NCBI GenBank assembly: GCA_030390025.1
Contig: JASTWF010000048.1
Coordinates: 1,674,001 to 1,738,000 of the forward strand
Length of the DNA: 64,000 nucleotides
Origin: Squalus acanthias
Taxonomy: Eukaryota
Direction of reading: 5' to 3'
Under the pieces are notes generated by a model. That model saw only the letters and a list, made by a program, of their open reading frames with translations, was not told the DNA's origin and made no database searches. The position numbers and the translations under genes are program-made. Shown here in pieces: positions 37,250 to 50,840 of the stretch (positions are counted from its first letter, which is position 1; every line of letters starts with the position of its first letter).

Positions 37250-38375
37250 GGTCCGGGACAGGGTGTCTGAGACCGGGCCCTCCATGGCCAACATGCTACC
37301 CAGTGACCGGAGTTATGAGACTGCTGTGTGCAAGGACGGAACTGATGGCTGTAACCCGGAAACAACTTTATGATTCAAAAGATAACACGGAATATACAAT
37401 ATCCCGTCCCTTCCTGTATGATTGACAGCGCTGTTCCTCCCACCGATATTGACAATCCAGCTCCGCCCCCTCTGGTGGGCAACCCGGCCCCTCCCTCTCT
37501 GATTGTAGGTAAGTGGAGCAGATAGGAACAGGGAGTTGGAAACGGGACATGGACAGATTAAGTGAGTCGACAAACCTGTGGAAGATGAAGTTTAATGTGG
37601 GCAAGTGTGAGGTCATGCACTTTGGCCCTAAGAAAGAAAGGTGTCCAGGTGCACAAATCACTAAACGCCAGTAGACAGGTAGAAAAAGGAATCAAAAAGG
37701 CTAATGGAATCCTGTCCTATATCTGAAGGAGTCTGGAATACAATGCGAGCAAGTTATGCTCCTGTCATACAGAGCCTTGGTCAGACACCATTTGGTGTAC
37801 TGCGTTAAGTCTGGTCACCGCACCTCAGGATGGATGAAATAACTCAGAGGGAATCTAGCACAGATTCACCAGACTGATACCCGGTCTTAGATGGTTAAAT
37901 TGTAAGGGCATGCTGAGGATCAATTGGAGCTTTCAAGACTGAGATTGATCGATATTTTGGGTAAGGGTATCGAGAAATAAGGAGCGAAGATGTTTAGATT
38001 TAGTTGAGACACACATCAGCCATTATCCCATTGAATGGCAGATCAGGCTCGAGGGGCTGAATGGCCTCCTCTTGTTCCTATGTAACAACTTGAGCAGTTA
38101 CACGGCCTACTCCTGTAGCTGTGTAACAGGTTCAATGGCCAAATTGCCAATTCCTGCTCCTATGTAGCAGGCTAGAGGGACGGATGTGCTCTTCCTGTTC
38201 CTGTGTAACAGGCACAAGGGGATTGAATGGCCTCCTCATGTTCCTGTGTAACTGGTTCGATGGCCAAACAGCCTATTCCTGTTCCTATGTAATAGGCTCA
38301 AGTGTAATGAATGGCCTCCTCTTATTCCTATGTTCCTATCAAAACATATTCAAACAAAAGTGTGGTTCATGGTCC

Positions 38376-38395
38376 TAGAGCGCCCTCTGCTGTCC
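38376..38395 (-). promoter_or_regulatory. CTCF motif, F1 type
   Basis: GGACAGCAGAGGGCGCTCTA. Confidence 0.7.
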
Positions 38396-38755
38396 TGTGG
38401 AGAATGAAAACACAGTCAGTGTGTAAAATCCACCGGTCTTCTACTTTATTTCCTTTTTTCTATCTTTCTAATCTTCTTTCTGCCATTCTTTCTGTCTTTC
38501 ATTCGTTCTGTCTTTCTTTCCTTCCTTTTTTTTTCTTGATATCTATTTCTTTTGTTATACCTATCTAAATTTTATTCTATCATTCTCCACTACAGCTAAA
38601 TTAATGTTTCTTTGCACCTTCTCCGGTGCCTTTATATCTAATCTCTCACTTTTCTTCTAACGCGTGTCAAAAACACGTTCGCTCTGTAAAACAAAACACA
38701 GCGTGAGGAAGCAACGCGCAGTTTTAGCTTATGCAGGTGTCTCCTGCCGCTTTGG

Positions 38756-38794
38756 GGTTTTTGTTCAGCTCCTCCATCTCTCTGAGTCACTGTG
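38756..38794 (-). other. Canonical 23-RSS
   Basis: Counted. Confidence 0.97.
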
Positions 38795-39307
38795 CAGACT
38801 CCAGGCGCAGTAATACACGGCCGAATGATTCGCCCGCAGGCTGGAGGATTTCAGGTTGAACTCGTCATCTGTTGGTCGCTCGGCGGTAAAACCGTCCTCC
38901 GTCCCCTCTGCATTTACACTTTGTTCAACTAGGGAGTAAAAAATCAACTGCGGCTCCTTCCCCGGGTATTGTCTGTACCAGAACATGCGAGGGTTACTGG
39001 TGCCCTTCACAGAGCATTTCAGTTCCACTCCATTCTCGAGAACTCTGGAGACAGCGGCGGGAGTCTGGCGAATAGTTTTCGAGTTCACGTCTGGGAAAGA
39101 GACAGGGAGAGAGGAGGATGTCAGTAAATTGGAACTTTCGGGGGAATGCAGCAGGAATGAAATGAAGTATGGAAACAGAGCAAGAAAGAAAGAAGGAAGG
39201 ACAGAGAGAAAGACAGCAAGTAAGAAACAATGGTTGTTAACTAAAATTATTGTGTGAAAAAATCACTTACATTGAAATAATATCACGAGAACCAGTAACA
39301 GATACAT
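38795..39307 (-). CDS. TRBV: TRBV F1, intact: leader 39271-39307, V exon 38795-39090
   Basis: MYLLLVLVILFQ|YVNSKTIRQ..CSVKGTSNPRMFWYRQ..YYCAWS. Confidence 0.92.
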
Positions 39308-40461
39308 CTTTTACATTAAGCTATATTTTAATAAGGAAATCAGCGAAAACAATAGCGTGGAGTATTGTGAGGATCGAACACGCTCTTTTGAAATCACTGA
39401 GGAAAACTAGAAAAGTGTGAGGAAGTGATGCAGGTCCCCCTACCCATCTCGGACTGAAAACACCGCTTCTCCACGCCCAGGCTGTTTCACAGTCCCGCCC
39501 CTCCCACGCTGATTGACATCCAGACCCTCCCTCTCCGAATGGCAATAAGTTGATCAGATGGGAGCAGCAAGTTGCAAAGCAGAACTAACCAGATTATGTG
39601 AATGAGAAAATCATTGGCAGGTGGAGTTTAACGTGGGCAAGTATGAGGTCAACCACGGTGGGCCTAAGGAAGAAAGATGAGAGTATTTTGTAACTAAGGA
39701 GAAACTCGGAACAGTGAAGGAGCAAAGTTAATTGGTTGTTTAGGTATACAAATCACTAAAGGCCAAGATAGAGGTGCAAAAAGGAATCAAACTGCTGAAT
39801 GCAATGTTGGCCTTTATGTCAAGCTTCGCTGGAATTCAAAAGGGAGGAAGTTATGCTTCGGTTGTACAGAGCCCCGGTCAGACTCTGGAACACTACTTTC
39901 AGTTCTGGTAACCGCAACTCTGAAAGGATACATTGACCTTGGAAGGAGAGCAACAAAGATTCACCAGAACGATACCGGGGCTTAGAGGGTTAAATTGTGG
40001 GGGCAGGTTGCAAGACGAGGCTTGTATTTCCTTCAGTATAGAAGATTGAGGTGAACTGAATTCGCTTTTTTTAATGTTAAAAGTTTATAGGATGGATGGA
40101 AACTATTTCCTATCGTGGGGGAGTCCAGAACAACGAGGCATGACTTCACAATTAGTGCTAGGATTTCAGGGGTGAGATTAGGATGCAATTCTTCATATAA
40201 TGGGTAGTAGAAATCTTAACCCTCTCCCACAAAAGGCTGTGGATGCTGGGGGTCAATCGAAGATTTCAAGACTGAGATAAATAGATTTCAGTCGGGTCGG
40301 TGTGTGGCGGGATATGGAGTAAAGGCAGGTAGATGGAGTTAAGATACAGCTCAGTTATAATCTAGCTGAGCGGTGGAGCGGGCTCGAAGGGCTGAATCGT
40401 CTCCTCCTGTTCCTGCGTTCCTATTTAACCGTGTTCCAGGCATTGGTGTGTTTCCTGGTCC

Positions 40462-40481
40462 TAGAGCGCCCTCTACAGCCC
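40462..40481 (-). promoter_or_regulatory. CTCF motif, F1 type (variant)
   Basis: GGGCTGTAGAGGGCGCTCTA. Confidence 0.55.
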
Positions 40482-40571
40482 GAGTCTTCTCTACCTCTAA
40501 ATTACCGGAACCCTTTCATAATTTTAAAAACCTCTATCAGGTCACTCCACAGTCTTTATCTTTCTCGAGAA

Positions 40572-41022
40572 AGGAGCCTCCCCCAGGTATTTTCTGTACC
40601 AGAGTTTCTTAGGGTTACTGATAGTCTTCACAGCGCACCTCAGTTCCACATGATCCCGAGCTAATTTGGAGACTGTGGCGGGAGTCTGGCGAATACTCTG
40701 CGAGTTCACGTCTGGGAAAGAGACGGGGAGAGGAGGAGGTGGGTAAAAAGGAACATCCGGGCAATGGGGAATGGGAGAACGAGAGAAAGANNNNNNNNNN
40801 NNNNNNNNNNNNNNNNNNNNNNNNNNNNNNNNNNNNNNNNNNNNNNNNNNNNNNNNNNNNNNNNNNNNNNNNNNNNNNNNNNNNNNNNNNNNNNNNNNNN
40901 NNNNNNNNNNNNNNNNNNNNNNNNNNNNNNNNNNNNNNNNNNNNNNNNNNNNNNNNNNNNNNNNNATAATTATTGTTTGAAAAACCTCCTTACGGTGAAA
41001 CAAGATTATCAGTGAAGATGCG
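40572..41022 (-). pseudogene. TRBV: 3'-truncated TRBV F1 pseudogene (V remnant ~40572-40711), no RSS
   Basis: VNSQSIRQ..LRC..WYRKYLG, then CR1 sequence; leader partly deleted; paralog of the 27358 remnant. Confidence 0.8.
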
Positions 41023-41830
41023 TCTTTTATTTTAATGTTTGCGTTTAATAAGGGACGGGGCGAGAACAGGAGCCTGGAGTTTTGTAAGGAGGCAACCCGC
41101 ACTTCTCAAATCATTGCGGAAACAATGAAGAATATGAGCAAGCAATAGAGAGAAGGACAAGCCCACTTTCTGCAGTTCTACCAATCGGCATCGACGTGTT
41201 TGCCAATGTCTCTCCCTTTCTATCTCGCTCTCTTAATCTCTCTCTCTGTCTCTCTCTGTTCCCTTTCATCTCTTTCTCTGTCCGTACTTCTCTCGCTCTC
41301 TGGATATCTCTCTCCATCTGACAGTGTGTGTGTCTCTCTCTGTGTCTCTCACTCTCTGCATGGGTATCTCTCTGTCTCTCTCCCTGTCTCTCTCTCTCTC
41401 TCTGCCTCTCTCTCTCCCTCTGTCTCACCCTGTATCACTTTCTATCTCCCTCACTCACCCTCTATGTCTCTCACTCTGTCTCTTTTAAACAAACTGCGTT
41501 GAAAGGTAAACGTGCGCTGAACGGAGCTGATCTCCAGACTCAGACAGTGGAGGAGTGAGAGATACGGGGTCCCATAGCCCCGCTCTTCCATTCCCCTCCG
41601 CTCCTCCTGAATCTTCCACAAATGCACGGATTGTTTACTTGTTGCGGGGGGTGGGGGATGACGTATGACGTCAGACTACACGCCTCACCATCTTGTCCCC
41701 AATTATTTAATGCGGGGAGAGTAGAGGAGGAAATAGGGGATGCGAGGGGAGGGAGAGGAAGGAGTAGGGGAGCAGAGAGGAGAGGAGGAGATGGAGTGAA
41801 GGAGAAAGGATGCACTGAACTAATATGTAG

Positions 41831-41849
41831 TACTGCCACCTGGTGGCGG
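41831..41849 (-). promoter_or_regulatory. CTCF motif, F2 type
   Basis: CCGCCACCAGGTGGCAGTA. Confidence 0.7.
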
Positions 41850-41880
41850 AAAATCACTGAACTCCCATTCATCCGCTGCA

Positions 41881-41919
41881 GGTTTTTGTAGCTGGGGAGC
41901 CGCTTTCTCAAACGCTGTG
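41881..41919 (-). other. 23-RSS (CACAGCG-23-ACAAAAACC)
   Basis: Counted. Confidence 0.95.
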
Positions 41920-42831
41920 CGATACTACAAGCACAGTAATAGGCAGCGATGTGAGACGGAGAGGCGGCGCTCAGTTCCAAAGTAAACAGTGCAGTGCTGC
42001 TTCTTTCGGCCTTAAAAGACTCGGCCGTGTAGTTCGTAACAGCACCTGCTCCAACAGAAGAGAAAAGAGCTTCTAATGCCCGGTCGGGTTGTTGTCTGTA
42101 CCAGAGCATAAAGTTAGAGCCAGTATTCGTCAGCTTGCATCTGAGCTTGGTCGACTCTCCTGTTCCAATCGATAGGACAGAAGGCGACTGCTCCACGTAG
42201 GAGGCGAGTATTCCTGTCGAACGCAACATTGATTAGTTTCTTCTTTATATCAATAATTGGCTAGAGCGCGGACTACAGAGAAAAATAAATTCCATTTATA
42301 AAGCGCCATTCACGACTTCAGAAACTCACAAACACTTTACAACCAACGAAGTACTTATTAAAGTGTAGTCATTGTTGTAATGAAAGAAAGGAGAAAGACA
42401 ATTAGAGCACAGCAAGCTCCCACATACTGCATTGAAATAAATGACCAGTGCATCTGTTTTTTGGTGCTTGTTGTGGTTTTAATGTTGGCCTAAATCACCG
42501 GCGAGAACTTCGCTGCTCTTCTTCCAATAGTGCCCTGGGAACATTTACGTCCACCTGATTGGGCAGCTCGCATTAACGCCCTATCCGAAAGATAGCATCT
42601 CCGAAAGTGCAGCACTCCCTCAGTGCTGGTCTCGGGAGTGTCAGCATAGATTTTGTGCTCAAGTCTCAGGAGTAAGACTCAAACCCCAAACCTCTGGTTC
42701 AGAGGCAAGATTCCTACCAGCTGAACAACAGCTGACGTTATAATACTGTATTCTACAAAGTAAGTTTGTTACTTTGACTTACGTGGGATCAGTGCCACCA
42801 TCAACGTTAGATAATGAGCTTCATGAAACAT
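41920..42831 (-). CDS. TRBV: TRBV F2, intact: leader 42783-42831, V exon 41920-42213
   Basis: Leader MFHEAHYLTLMVALIP; V ..LFSSVGAG..HIAAYYCACS. Confidence 0.88.
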
Positions 42832-43149
42832 GATGTATTCATTTGACACTGGCTCGCTGTGTGATCGGGTGTAGCTCAATACCACGTTTAAAGGCCGTTT
42901 GTCTATTGGATCTGGTTACAGACGAAGCATCCGGTTGTACTGGTCACTCTTACGTCACTTCCTGCGTAACCCACTCTCCATCCCATTCCTTCGGTAGTTC
43001 AGCAACTTCACAGAACCGTACAGCACAGAAGGTTAAGGAGAGAACTGATAGATGTGTTCAAAATTGCGAATGGTTTTGATAGATTGATAGGGGGAAGCCA
43101 TAGTCACTGGCATGGCAGTCGTTAACTAAAGCACACAGACTTAAGATAA

Positions 43150-44010
43150 GAACATAATAAATAAGAACAGTTGTAAGCCATACGGCCCCTCCAGCTTGCT
43201 CCGCCATTCAATAAGGTCATGGCTGATCATCGACCTAAACTCCACTTCCCCGCTTGGTCTCCATATCGCTTGATTCCCCCAGATTCCAAAAATCTATATA
43301 TCTTAGCCATGAATATACTCAAAGACTCAGCATATTACAGCCCTCTGTGTAGAAACTTCCAATGATTCACAACCATCTGAGTGAAGACATTCCTTCTCAT
43401 CTGAGTCCTAAATGGCCTACCCCTTATGCTGAGACTATGCCCCCTAGTTCTAGACACTCCAGCCAGGGCAATCAACCTCTCAGCATCTACACTGTCAATT
43501 CCCTTCAGAATCTTGTATGTTTCAATGGGATCACCACTCATTCTTCTGAACTCCAGAGAGTATATGCCCATTCTACACAATCTCTCCTCATAGGACAGCC
43601 CTCTCATCCCAGGAATCAATCTAGTGAACCTTCGTTGCACCGCCTCCAAGGCAAGTATATCCTTCCTTAGATAAGGAGACCAAAACTGTGCACAATACTC
43701 CAGATGTGGTCTCACCAAGGCCCTGTTGTATTGTAGCAAGACTTCCTTACTCTTATACTCCAAACCCTTTTCAATAAAGGCCTACATGCCATTTGTCTTC
43801 TTTATTGCTTGCTGTACCGGCATGCTAGCTTTCTGTGTTTCTTGCTCGAGGACAGTCAAATCTCTTCTGAACACCAACATTTGAAAGTTTCTCACCATTT
43901 AAAGAGCATTCTGTTTTTCTATTCTTCCTACCAAAGTGAATAACCTTACATTTCCCTACATTATACACCATCTGCCACATTACTGCCCACTCACTTAGTC
44001 TATCTATATC
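43150..44010 (-). mobile_element. CR1 3' fragment
   Basis: ORF 43335-43763 with LVRPHLEYC; paralog of 11905-12760. Confidence 0.85.
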
Positions 44011-45914
44011 CCTATAATTGGCAAAAGAACCAGCGGGGATATGAGGAAACATAAATTTTATTACACAGAGAGTCACAAATATAAGATAAATACTAATAAA
44101 TCTAACACAGAATTCTGGAGCAATATCTTCACCCAAATTGTGCTGATAATATAGAACTTGATATCACATGGAGTGGTTGAGGAAATAGCATAAATGCATT
44201 TAAGTGAAAGCCAAATCAGCGTGTGAGGGAGGAAGGAATAGAAGGATATGTTGATGGGCGTAATCGAAGAGGGTTGGGATGAAGCCGGTGGGGTCTCGTT
44301 GGGTAGGTCTTTCAAAGAGGCGGCACAGACTCGATGGGCCGAATGGCCTCCTTCTGGGCTGTACGATTATATGTTTCTATAAGACACGCAACATTGTTGG
44401 GACAAAATGCTCTCCTGTTTCAGGCAGTGCCGGTTTCAGTACCTATGTGCGAAACGCGAATTCAAGGGTTAAATTTTTGCTGGGCTGAATACGCAGATTC
44501 TTTGAAAAACACATCAAAAGGCACCTAGAGCCTGATAGAGAAGCGGCTAAACGGTTGTCAACAGATGCAGAAACCGCCGTCATGAGGCAGGTGGCCCGGT
44601 GACAAACGTATCTGGAGACGCATCTCGCCTTCGCACATCATGAAACACATTTAAGCATTCTAAGATTAAAAATTTCCTATTTGCATGAGATAGTTTTTCT
44701 TAAACCAAAGAAGGTTAAGGGGAGAATTGATAGAGATGTTCAAAATCATGAAGGTTTTGATGGAGTAATTAAGGGGTATTTGTCTCCAGTGGCCGCAGGA
44801 TCGTAACCAGAGGAGGCAGATAAAAGGTGATTGACAGAAGAGCCAGAGGGGGAGAGGGGGAGAATGTGTTTACTCTGCGAGTTGTTATGGTCTGGAATGC
44901 ACCGTCTGAAAGGGCGGTGGAAGAAGGTTCAATAGTAACTTTCAAAAGTGAATTGGATAAAATCTTGAGGGGATCATTTGCAGGGCTATCGGGAAAGAGA
45001 AGGTGAGTGGGACTAATCGGACAGTTCTTTCAAAGAGCCGGCACAGTCACAATGGGACGAATGGACTCCATCTGTGCCCCATCTGTGGTGCATCATTCTA
45101 AGGTTCGATGATAATTAGCGCATCTCTGGTCACTACCGCAATCCGACAAATCGGGGAGGGATCTGCACCCCCTCTGCTGAGGTGATCCTAGGAATTATTC
45201 AGAGGAATAATCGGGAGGTCCGTGTGACTCCTTCCCATATTCCTCCGTCTGCTCTTTCAATTCTGGTATTAACCCATTGAACCTTCCGCCTCATCTACTT
45301 CTTATAATGTAGAGAATATCTTAAAGAAAAGTATATTCAAAACAGCAATACAGCATGTTTAATGAATAATAATCAATTCAGTTCATCTAAGGTGACAGAG
45401 AGCAAGAGNNNNNNNNNNNNNNNNNNNNNNNNNNNNNNNNNNNNNNNNNNNNNNNNNNNNNNNNNNNNNNNNNNNNNNNNNNNNNNNNNNNNNNNNNNNN
45501 NNNNNNNNNNNNNNNNNNNNNNNNNNNNNNNNNNNNNNNNNNNNNNNNNNNNNNNNNNNNNNNNNNNNNNNNNNNNNNNNNNNNNNAGGTATCTAGGTAG
45601 ATGGAGCAAAGATGATTAAATGGAATTGAGACACATATCAGCCATGATATCATTGAATGTCAGGTCAGGTTCGAGCAGCTCAATGGCCATCTCTTGTTCC
45701 TATGTAACAGTCTCGAGTGGTTACACGGTCTTCTCCTGTGCCTGTGGAACAGGTTCGAAGGCCAAAGCGCCACTTCCTGCTCCTGTGTAACAGGCTAGTT
45801 CGATGTATGAACTCTTCCTCTTTCTGTGTAACAGCCGGAAGTGGATTGAATGGCCTCCTCTTAATCCTGTCTTCGTGGCAAAATATAATCAATCAATTGA
45901 GTGTTTCGTAATTC

Positions 45915-45934
45915 TAGAGCGCCCTCTGCTGTCC
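45915..45934 (-). promoter_or_regulatory. CTCF motif, F1 type
   Basis: GGACAGCAGAGGGCGCTCTA. Confidence 0.7.
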
Positions 45935-46286
45935 ATGTGGGGAAAGAAAACACTTTGTAACAGTGTAAAATCCACCAGTCTTTTTATTTTTTTCCTTCTA
46001 TCTATCTTTCTATCATTCTTTCTGCCATTCTTTCTGTCTTTCTTTCGTTCTCTCTTTCTTTCCTTCCTTGTTTCTTTCTGGTTATCTATTTATTTTTTCT
46101 TTGACTCAATCATCCGCCATTACATCTAACTTAATATTTCTTTGCTCTATCTCCGGTGCCTTTATAATCAATCTCTCAATTTTCTTCTAACGCTTGTCAA
46201 AAATACGTTAGCTCTGTAAAACAAAACACAACAGGACGAACCACCGCGCGGCTTTAGCTTATACGGGTGTTTCCTGCCGCCTTTGG

Positions 46287-46325
46287 GGTTTTTGTTGAGC
46301 TCCTCCATCTCTTTGAGTCACTGTG
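46287..46325 (-). other. Canonical 23-RSS
   Basis: Counted. Confidence 0.97.
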
Positions 46326-47056
46326 AAGACTCCAGGCGCAGTAATACACGGCCGAGTGATTCGCCCGCAGGCTGGAGGACTTCAGGGTGAACTCGTTCCC
46401 ATTCGGTCGCTCGGAGGTAAAACTGTCCACCGTCCCCTCTGCAGTTACACTTTGTACAGTTAGGGACATAAACATCATCTGCGGCTCCTTCCCTGGATGT
46501 TGTCTGTACCAGTACATGTAAGGTGTACTTGCTCCCTCGACAGTGCATTTCAGTTCCATTCGATCCCCAGGAATGTTGGAGACAGCGGCGGGAGTCTGGT
46601 GGATTGTCTGCGAGTTCACGGCTTGGAAAGGGATGGGGAGAGAGGAGAAGGTCAGTAAACAGGGACATTCGTGGCAATGGAGAGAGAAAGAACGAAAGAA
46701 AGTAAGAACAACATAATTAAATTAAGAGAACAAGGTTGTTGGAGCAAATGCACTATTTCTGGTTCGTCACAAATAAAGGAGATAAATTGTGTCAAATAAG
46801 GGCGGGATGGACATTTAGTTAGCAGGGTTCGTTCTGTAATATTTGAATCAATGAGTGACATTTCCACGCCAATCCATATTACAAGGAGAGCTCCACTAAA
46901 CCTAATGGCTCCTGTCTAACTACAAGTGTCTGCGGGTTTAGAATATTAATCTTGAAAGAAAGAAAGAACACGTAAAGAAAGGCAATGAACAAAAATTAAT
47001 TTTTGAACTAGTCCCTTACGGTGAAAAAAGATCATTAGACACAGTAACAGATACAT
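46326..47056 (-). CDS. TRBV: TRBV F1, intact: leader 47020-47056, V exon 46326-46621
   Basis: MYLLLCLMIFFH|PVNSQTIHQ..KCTVEGASTPYMYWYRQ..YYCAWS; AAG acceptor. Confidence 0.9.
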
Positions 47057-48653
47057 TTTTTACTGTAACTTTTTCTCTTAATTATGAAAGGAGGGAGAAC
47101 AGGAAAATTGTGTCTGGTGAGAATCCAAGCCGCTCTATTCAAATCATTCAGGAAAACATGAAGTCCGTGAGGAAGTGATGCAGATTTGGACAGCCCCGCC
47201 CCTCCCTCTCTTATTGGCAGCCGCGCCTCTCCCCCACCCCCGCCCCCTTATTAACAGCCCCGACTCGCCCTCTCTGATAGGCAGCCCAGCTACTCCCTCT
47301 CTGATTGGCAGTAATTAGAGCAGCCGGGAGCTGAATGTTGCAATGGGGACATAGACGAATTAAATGAATGAGCAAAACAGAGGTTGATGAAGCTTAAAGT
47401 GGGCAATGTGAGATCATCCACTGCCAACCTAAGAAAGAGTGATCAGAACATTTTCTGAATGGTGAAAACCTGGGAACTGTGAAGGTGCAAAGGGGTTTAG
47501 TTATCAAGCTACACAAATCGCTATCGGCCAGTAGACAGGTACAAACATCAAAAAAGGCTTTTGTAATGTTGGCCTTTATCTCAAGGGTGCTGGAATACTG
47601 AGGAGAGAAAGTTAAGCTTCAGTTGAACAGCGTCCTGGCCAGACACCAACTGGAGCAGAACTTTCAGTTCTGGGCAACACAATTCAGGAAGGATATATTG
47701 GTCTTGGAGGGAGTGCAGCGATGATTCACCAGATTGATACCGGAGCATAGAAGACTTATTATGAGGACAGATAACATAGACTAGGCTTGTATTCCTCTGA
47801 TTATAGAAGATTGAGAAGTGATCCTACTGAGGTGTTTAAAAGATTCGAGACTGTCGATAGAGAGATGGTATTCCCTCTGGTGAGGGGCAGTCCAGAACTA
47901 GGCGGCATCAGCTTCGCTTTAGAGCGAGGCTGATCAGGGGTCCTGTCTGGAAGCACTTCTTGACACAAAGGGTCGTTCAAATCTGGCATTCTCTCGCCCA
48001 ATTGGCTGTTGAGGCTAGAGGTCAATTGAAGATTTCGAAACTTCGATTTTTTTGGGTAAGGGTGTCATGGGCTGTGGAACGATTGGTGTTTTGTTTCAGA
48101 TACTGAAAATCACACTATCGAAAATATATCAATCATTTAGAGAGGGTGCAGAGGAGATTTAAGAAATGGTACCAGGGACGAGGGTCTCCAGTCACATTGA
48201 GAGACTAGAGGAGATGGGATTGTTCTCCTTAGGGCACGGACGAATAACGGGGGATTTAATGGAATTGTTCAAAATCATGAAGGGTTTTGTTAAAGTAAAT
48301 CAGGAGAAACGGTTTCCAGTAGCAGAAGAGTCGGTAACCAGTGGGCACAAATTTAAAGACCAGATAAGGGTATGATGCTTTTTTATTGTACAGCGAGTTG
48401 TTATGGTTTGGAATGCACTGGCCGAATGGGTGGAGGAAGCAGATTCAATAATAATTTTCCAAAGGCAATTGGATACACACTTGAACCGGGACGGTTACTG
48501 GGCTATGGCGAAAGGCACGGGAATATGATTAATTGGATAGCTCTTTGATAGCCCCGGTACTGGCACGTGGAGCGGAATGACTTCCTTCCGTGCTGTACCA
48601 TTCTATGGTTCTATGACCTGGGGGCAGAATAGTTGCACCGAAATAAAATCTAG

Positions 48654-48672
48654 TGCTGCCACATGGTGGCGG
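48654..48672 (-). promoter_or_regulatory. CTCF motif, F2 type
   Basis: CCGCCACCATGTGGCAGCA. Confidence 0.65.
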
Positions 48673-48705
48673 AGAATGATCACTGAACTACAGTCATCCG
48701 CTGCA

Positions 48706-48744
48706 GGTTTTTGTCGCTGGGGAGCCGCTTTCTCAAACGCTGTG
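48706..48744 (-). other. 23-RSS (CACAGCG-23-ACAAAAACC)
   Basis: Counted. Confidence 0.95.
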
Positions 48745-49667
48745 CGGTACTACAAGCACAGTAATAGACAGCGGTGTGAGACGGAGAGGCGACGCTCAGT
48801 TCCAAAGTAAACAGCGTAGTGCTGCTTCTTTCGGCCTTAAAAGACTCGGACGTGTATTTCGTAACAGCAGCTGCTGCAGCAGAATAGAAAAGAGCTTCTA
48901 ATGCCCGGTCGGGTTGTTGTCTGTACCAGAACATTCTGGTATAGGCAGTATTCGTCAGCGTGCATCTGAGTTTGGTCGACTCTCCTGTTCCAATCGACAC
49001 AATAGAAGGCGATTGCTCCACGTACGAGGCGAGTATTTCTGTCGAATGCAACATCGATTAATTTCTTCTTTTTGTCAATAATTGGTTAGAGCGCACAATA
49101 CAGAGAAAAATTATTCCCATTCATAAAGCGCCACTCAAGACCTCAGAATGACACAAAGCTCTTTACAACAAATGAAGTACTGATTAAAGTGTACTCATCG
49201 TTGTAATGTAGGAAAGGAGACAGCCAATTCGAGCACAACAAGCTACCACATACAACATTGAAATAAATGCCCAGTACAGCTGTTTTTTTGGTGTTTGTTG
49301 TGGGATTAATGTTGGCCCAGGTCACCGGCGACAACCTCGCTGTTCTTCTTCCAATAGTGCCATGGGATCATTTACGTCCACCTGAGAGGGCAGCTCAGTT
49401 TAACGCCTTATCTGAAAGACAGCATCTCCGAAACTGCAGCACTCCCTCAGCGCTGGCTTCGGGAGAGTCGGCATAGATTTTGTGCTCAAGTCTCAGGAGT
49501 AAGACTCGAACCCAAAACCTCTGATTCGGAGGCAAGGTTTCTACCAGCTGAACAAGAGCTGACATTATAATACATTATTCTACAAAGACCTCTGCATAAA
49601 TTTGTTTATTTGACTTACGTGGTATCAGTGCCACCATCAACGTTAGATAATGAGCTTCATGAAACAT
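48745..49667 (-). CDS. TRBV: TRBV F2, intact: leader 49619-49667, V exon 48745-49038
   Basis: Leader MFHEAHYLTLMVALIP; V ..YYCACST. Confidence 0.9.
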
Positions 49668-49984
49668 GATTTATTCTTTCGACGCTGACTCGCTGTGTGA
49701 TCGGGTGTAGCTCAATACCACGTTTGAAGGCAGTTTCTCTGTTGGATCTGATTAAATACGAAGCGTCCGGTTGTAATTGTTACTCCCACATCACTTCCTG
49801 CGTAACCCACGCTCCTTCCCATACCTTCGGTAGTTCAGCAACTTCATTGAAACGTACAGCACTGAAGGTTAAGGAGAGAACGAAAGGATGTGTTCAAAAT
49901 CATGAACGGTTTTGAGAGAGTTAATACGGTGAAACTATATCCACTAGCATGATGTTAGATAACAAGATCACAGAGACTTAAGAT

Positions 49985-50840
49985 AAGAACATAAGAAATA
50001 AGGCAGAATTAGTCCATAGGTCCCTCGAGCCAGCTCCGCCATTAAATAAGATCATGGCTGATCATCAACCTCAACTTTGAATTTCCTGCCCGATCTCCAT
50101 ATCCATTGATTCACCGAGAGTACAAGATTCTATCTGTCTCAGCATTGAATATACTCAAAAACTCAGCATTCACAGTCCTCTGGGGTACAGAATTCCAAGG
50201 ATTCAAAGCCCTCTGTTTGAAGAAATTCCTCCTCATCTTGATAGCCTTCCACTTATCCTGAGACTATGCCCCCTAGTTCTAGACATTCCAGTCAGGGGAA
50301 ACAAAATCTCAGCATCTACCCTCTCAATCCCCTCCACAATCTTGTATGTTTCAATGAGATCACCTCTCATTCTTCTAAACTCCAGAAAGTCTACACACTT
50401 TCTCCAAAATCTCTCATTATAGGATAGCCCTCTCATCCCAGGAATCAATCTAGTGAACATTCGTTGCACTGCCTCCACGGCAAGTATATCCTTCCTTAGA
50501 TAAGGAGACCAAAACTGTACGCAGTACTCCAGGTGTGATCTCACCCAGGGCCTGTTTAATTGTAGCAAGACTTCCTTACACCTATGCTCTAAACCCTTTT
50601 CAATAAAGGCCTACATGCCATTTGCCTTCCTTATTGCTTGCTGTACCGGCATGCTAGCTTTCTCTGTTTCTTGCACGAGGACACCCACATCTCTTCTGAA
50701 CACCAACATTTGAAAGTTTCTCACCATTTAAAAATCATTCTGTTTTTCTATTCTTCCTACCAAAGTGAATAACCTCACATTTCCCTACATTATACTCCAT
50801 CTGCCACGTTACTGCCCACTAACTTAGTATAGCTATATCC
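49985..50840 (-). mobile_element. CR1 3' fragment
   Basis: ORF 50233-50568; duplicate of 11905-12760. Confidence 0.85.
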
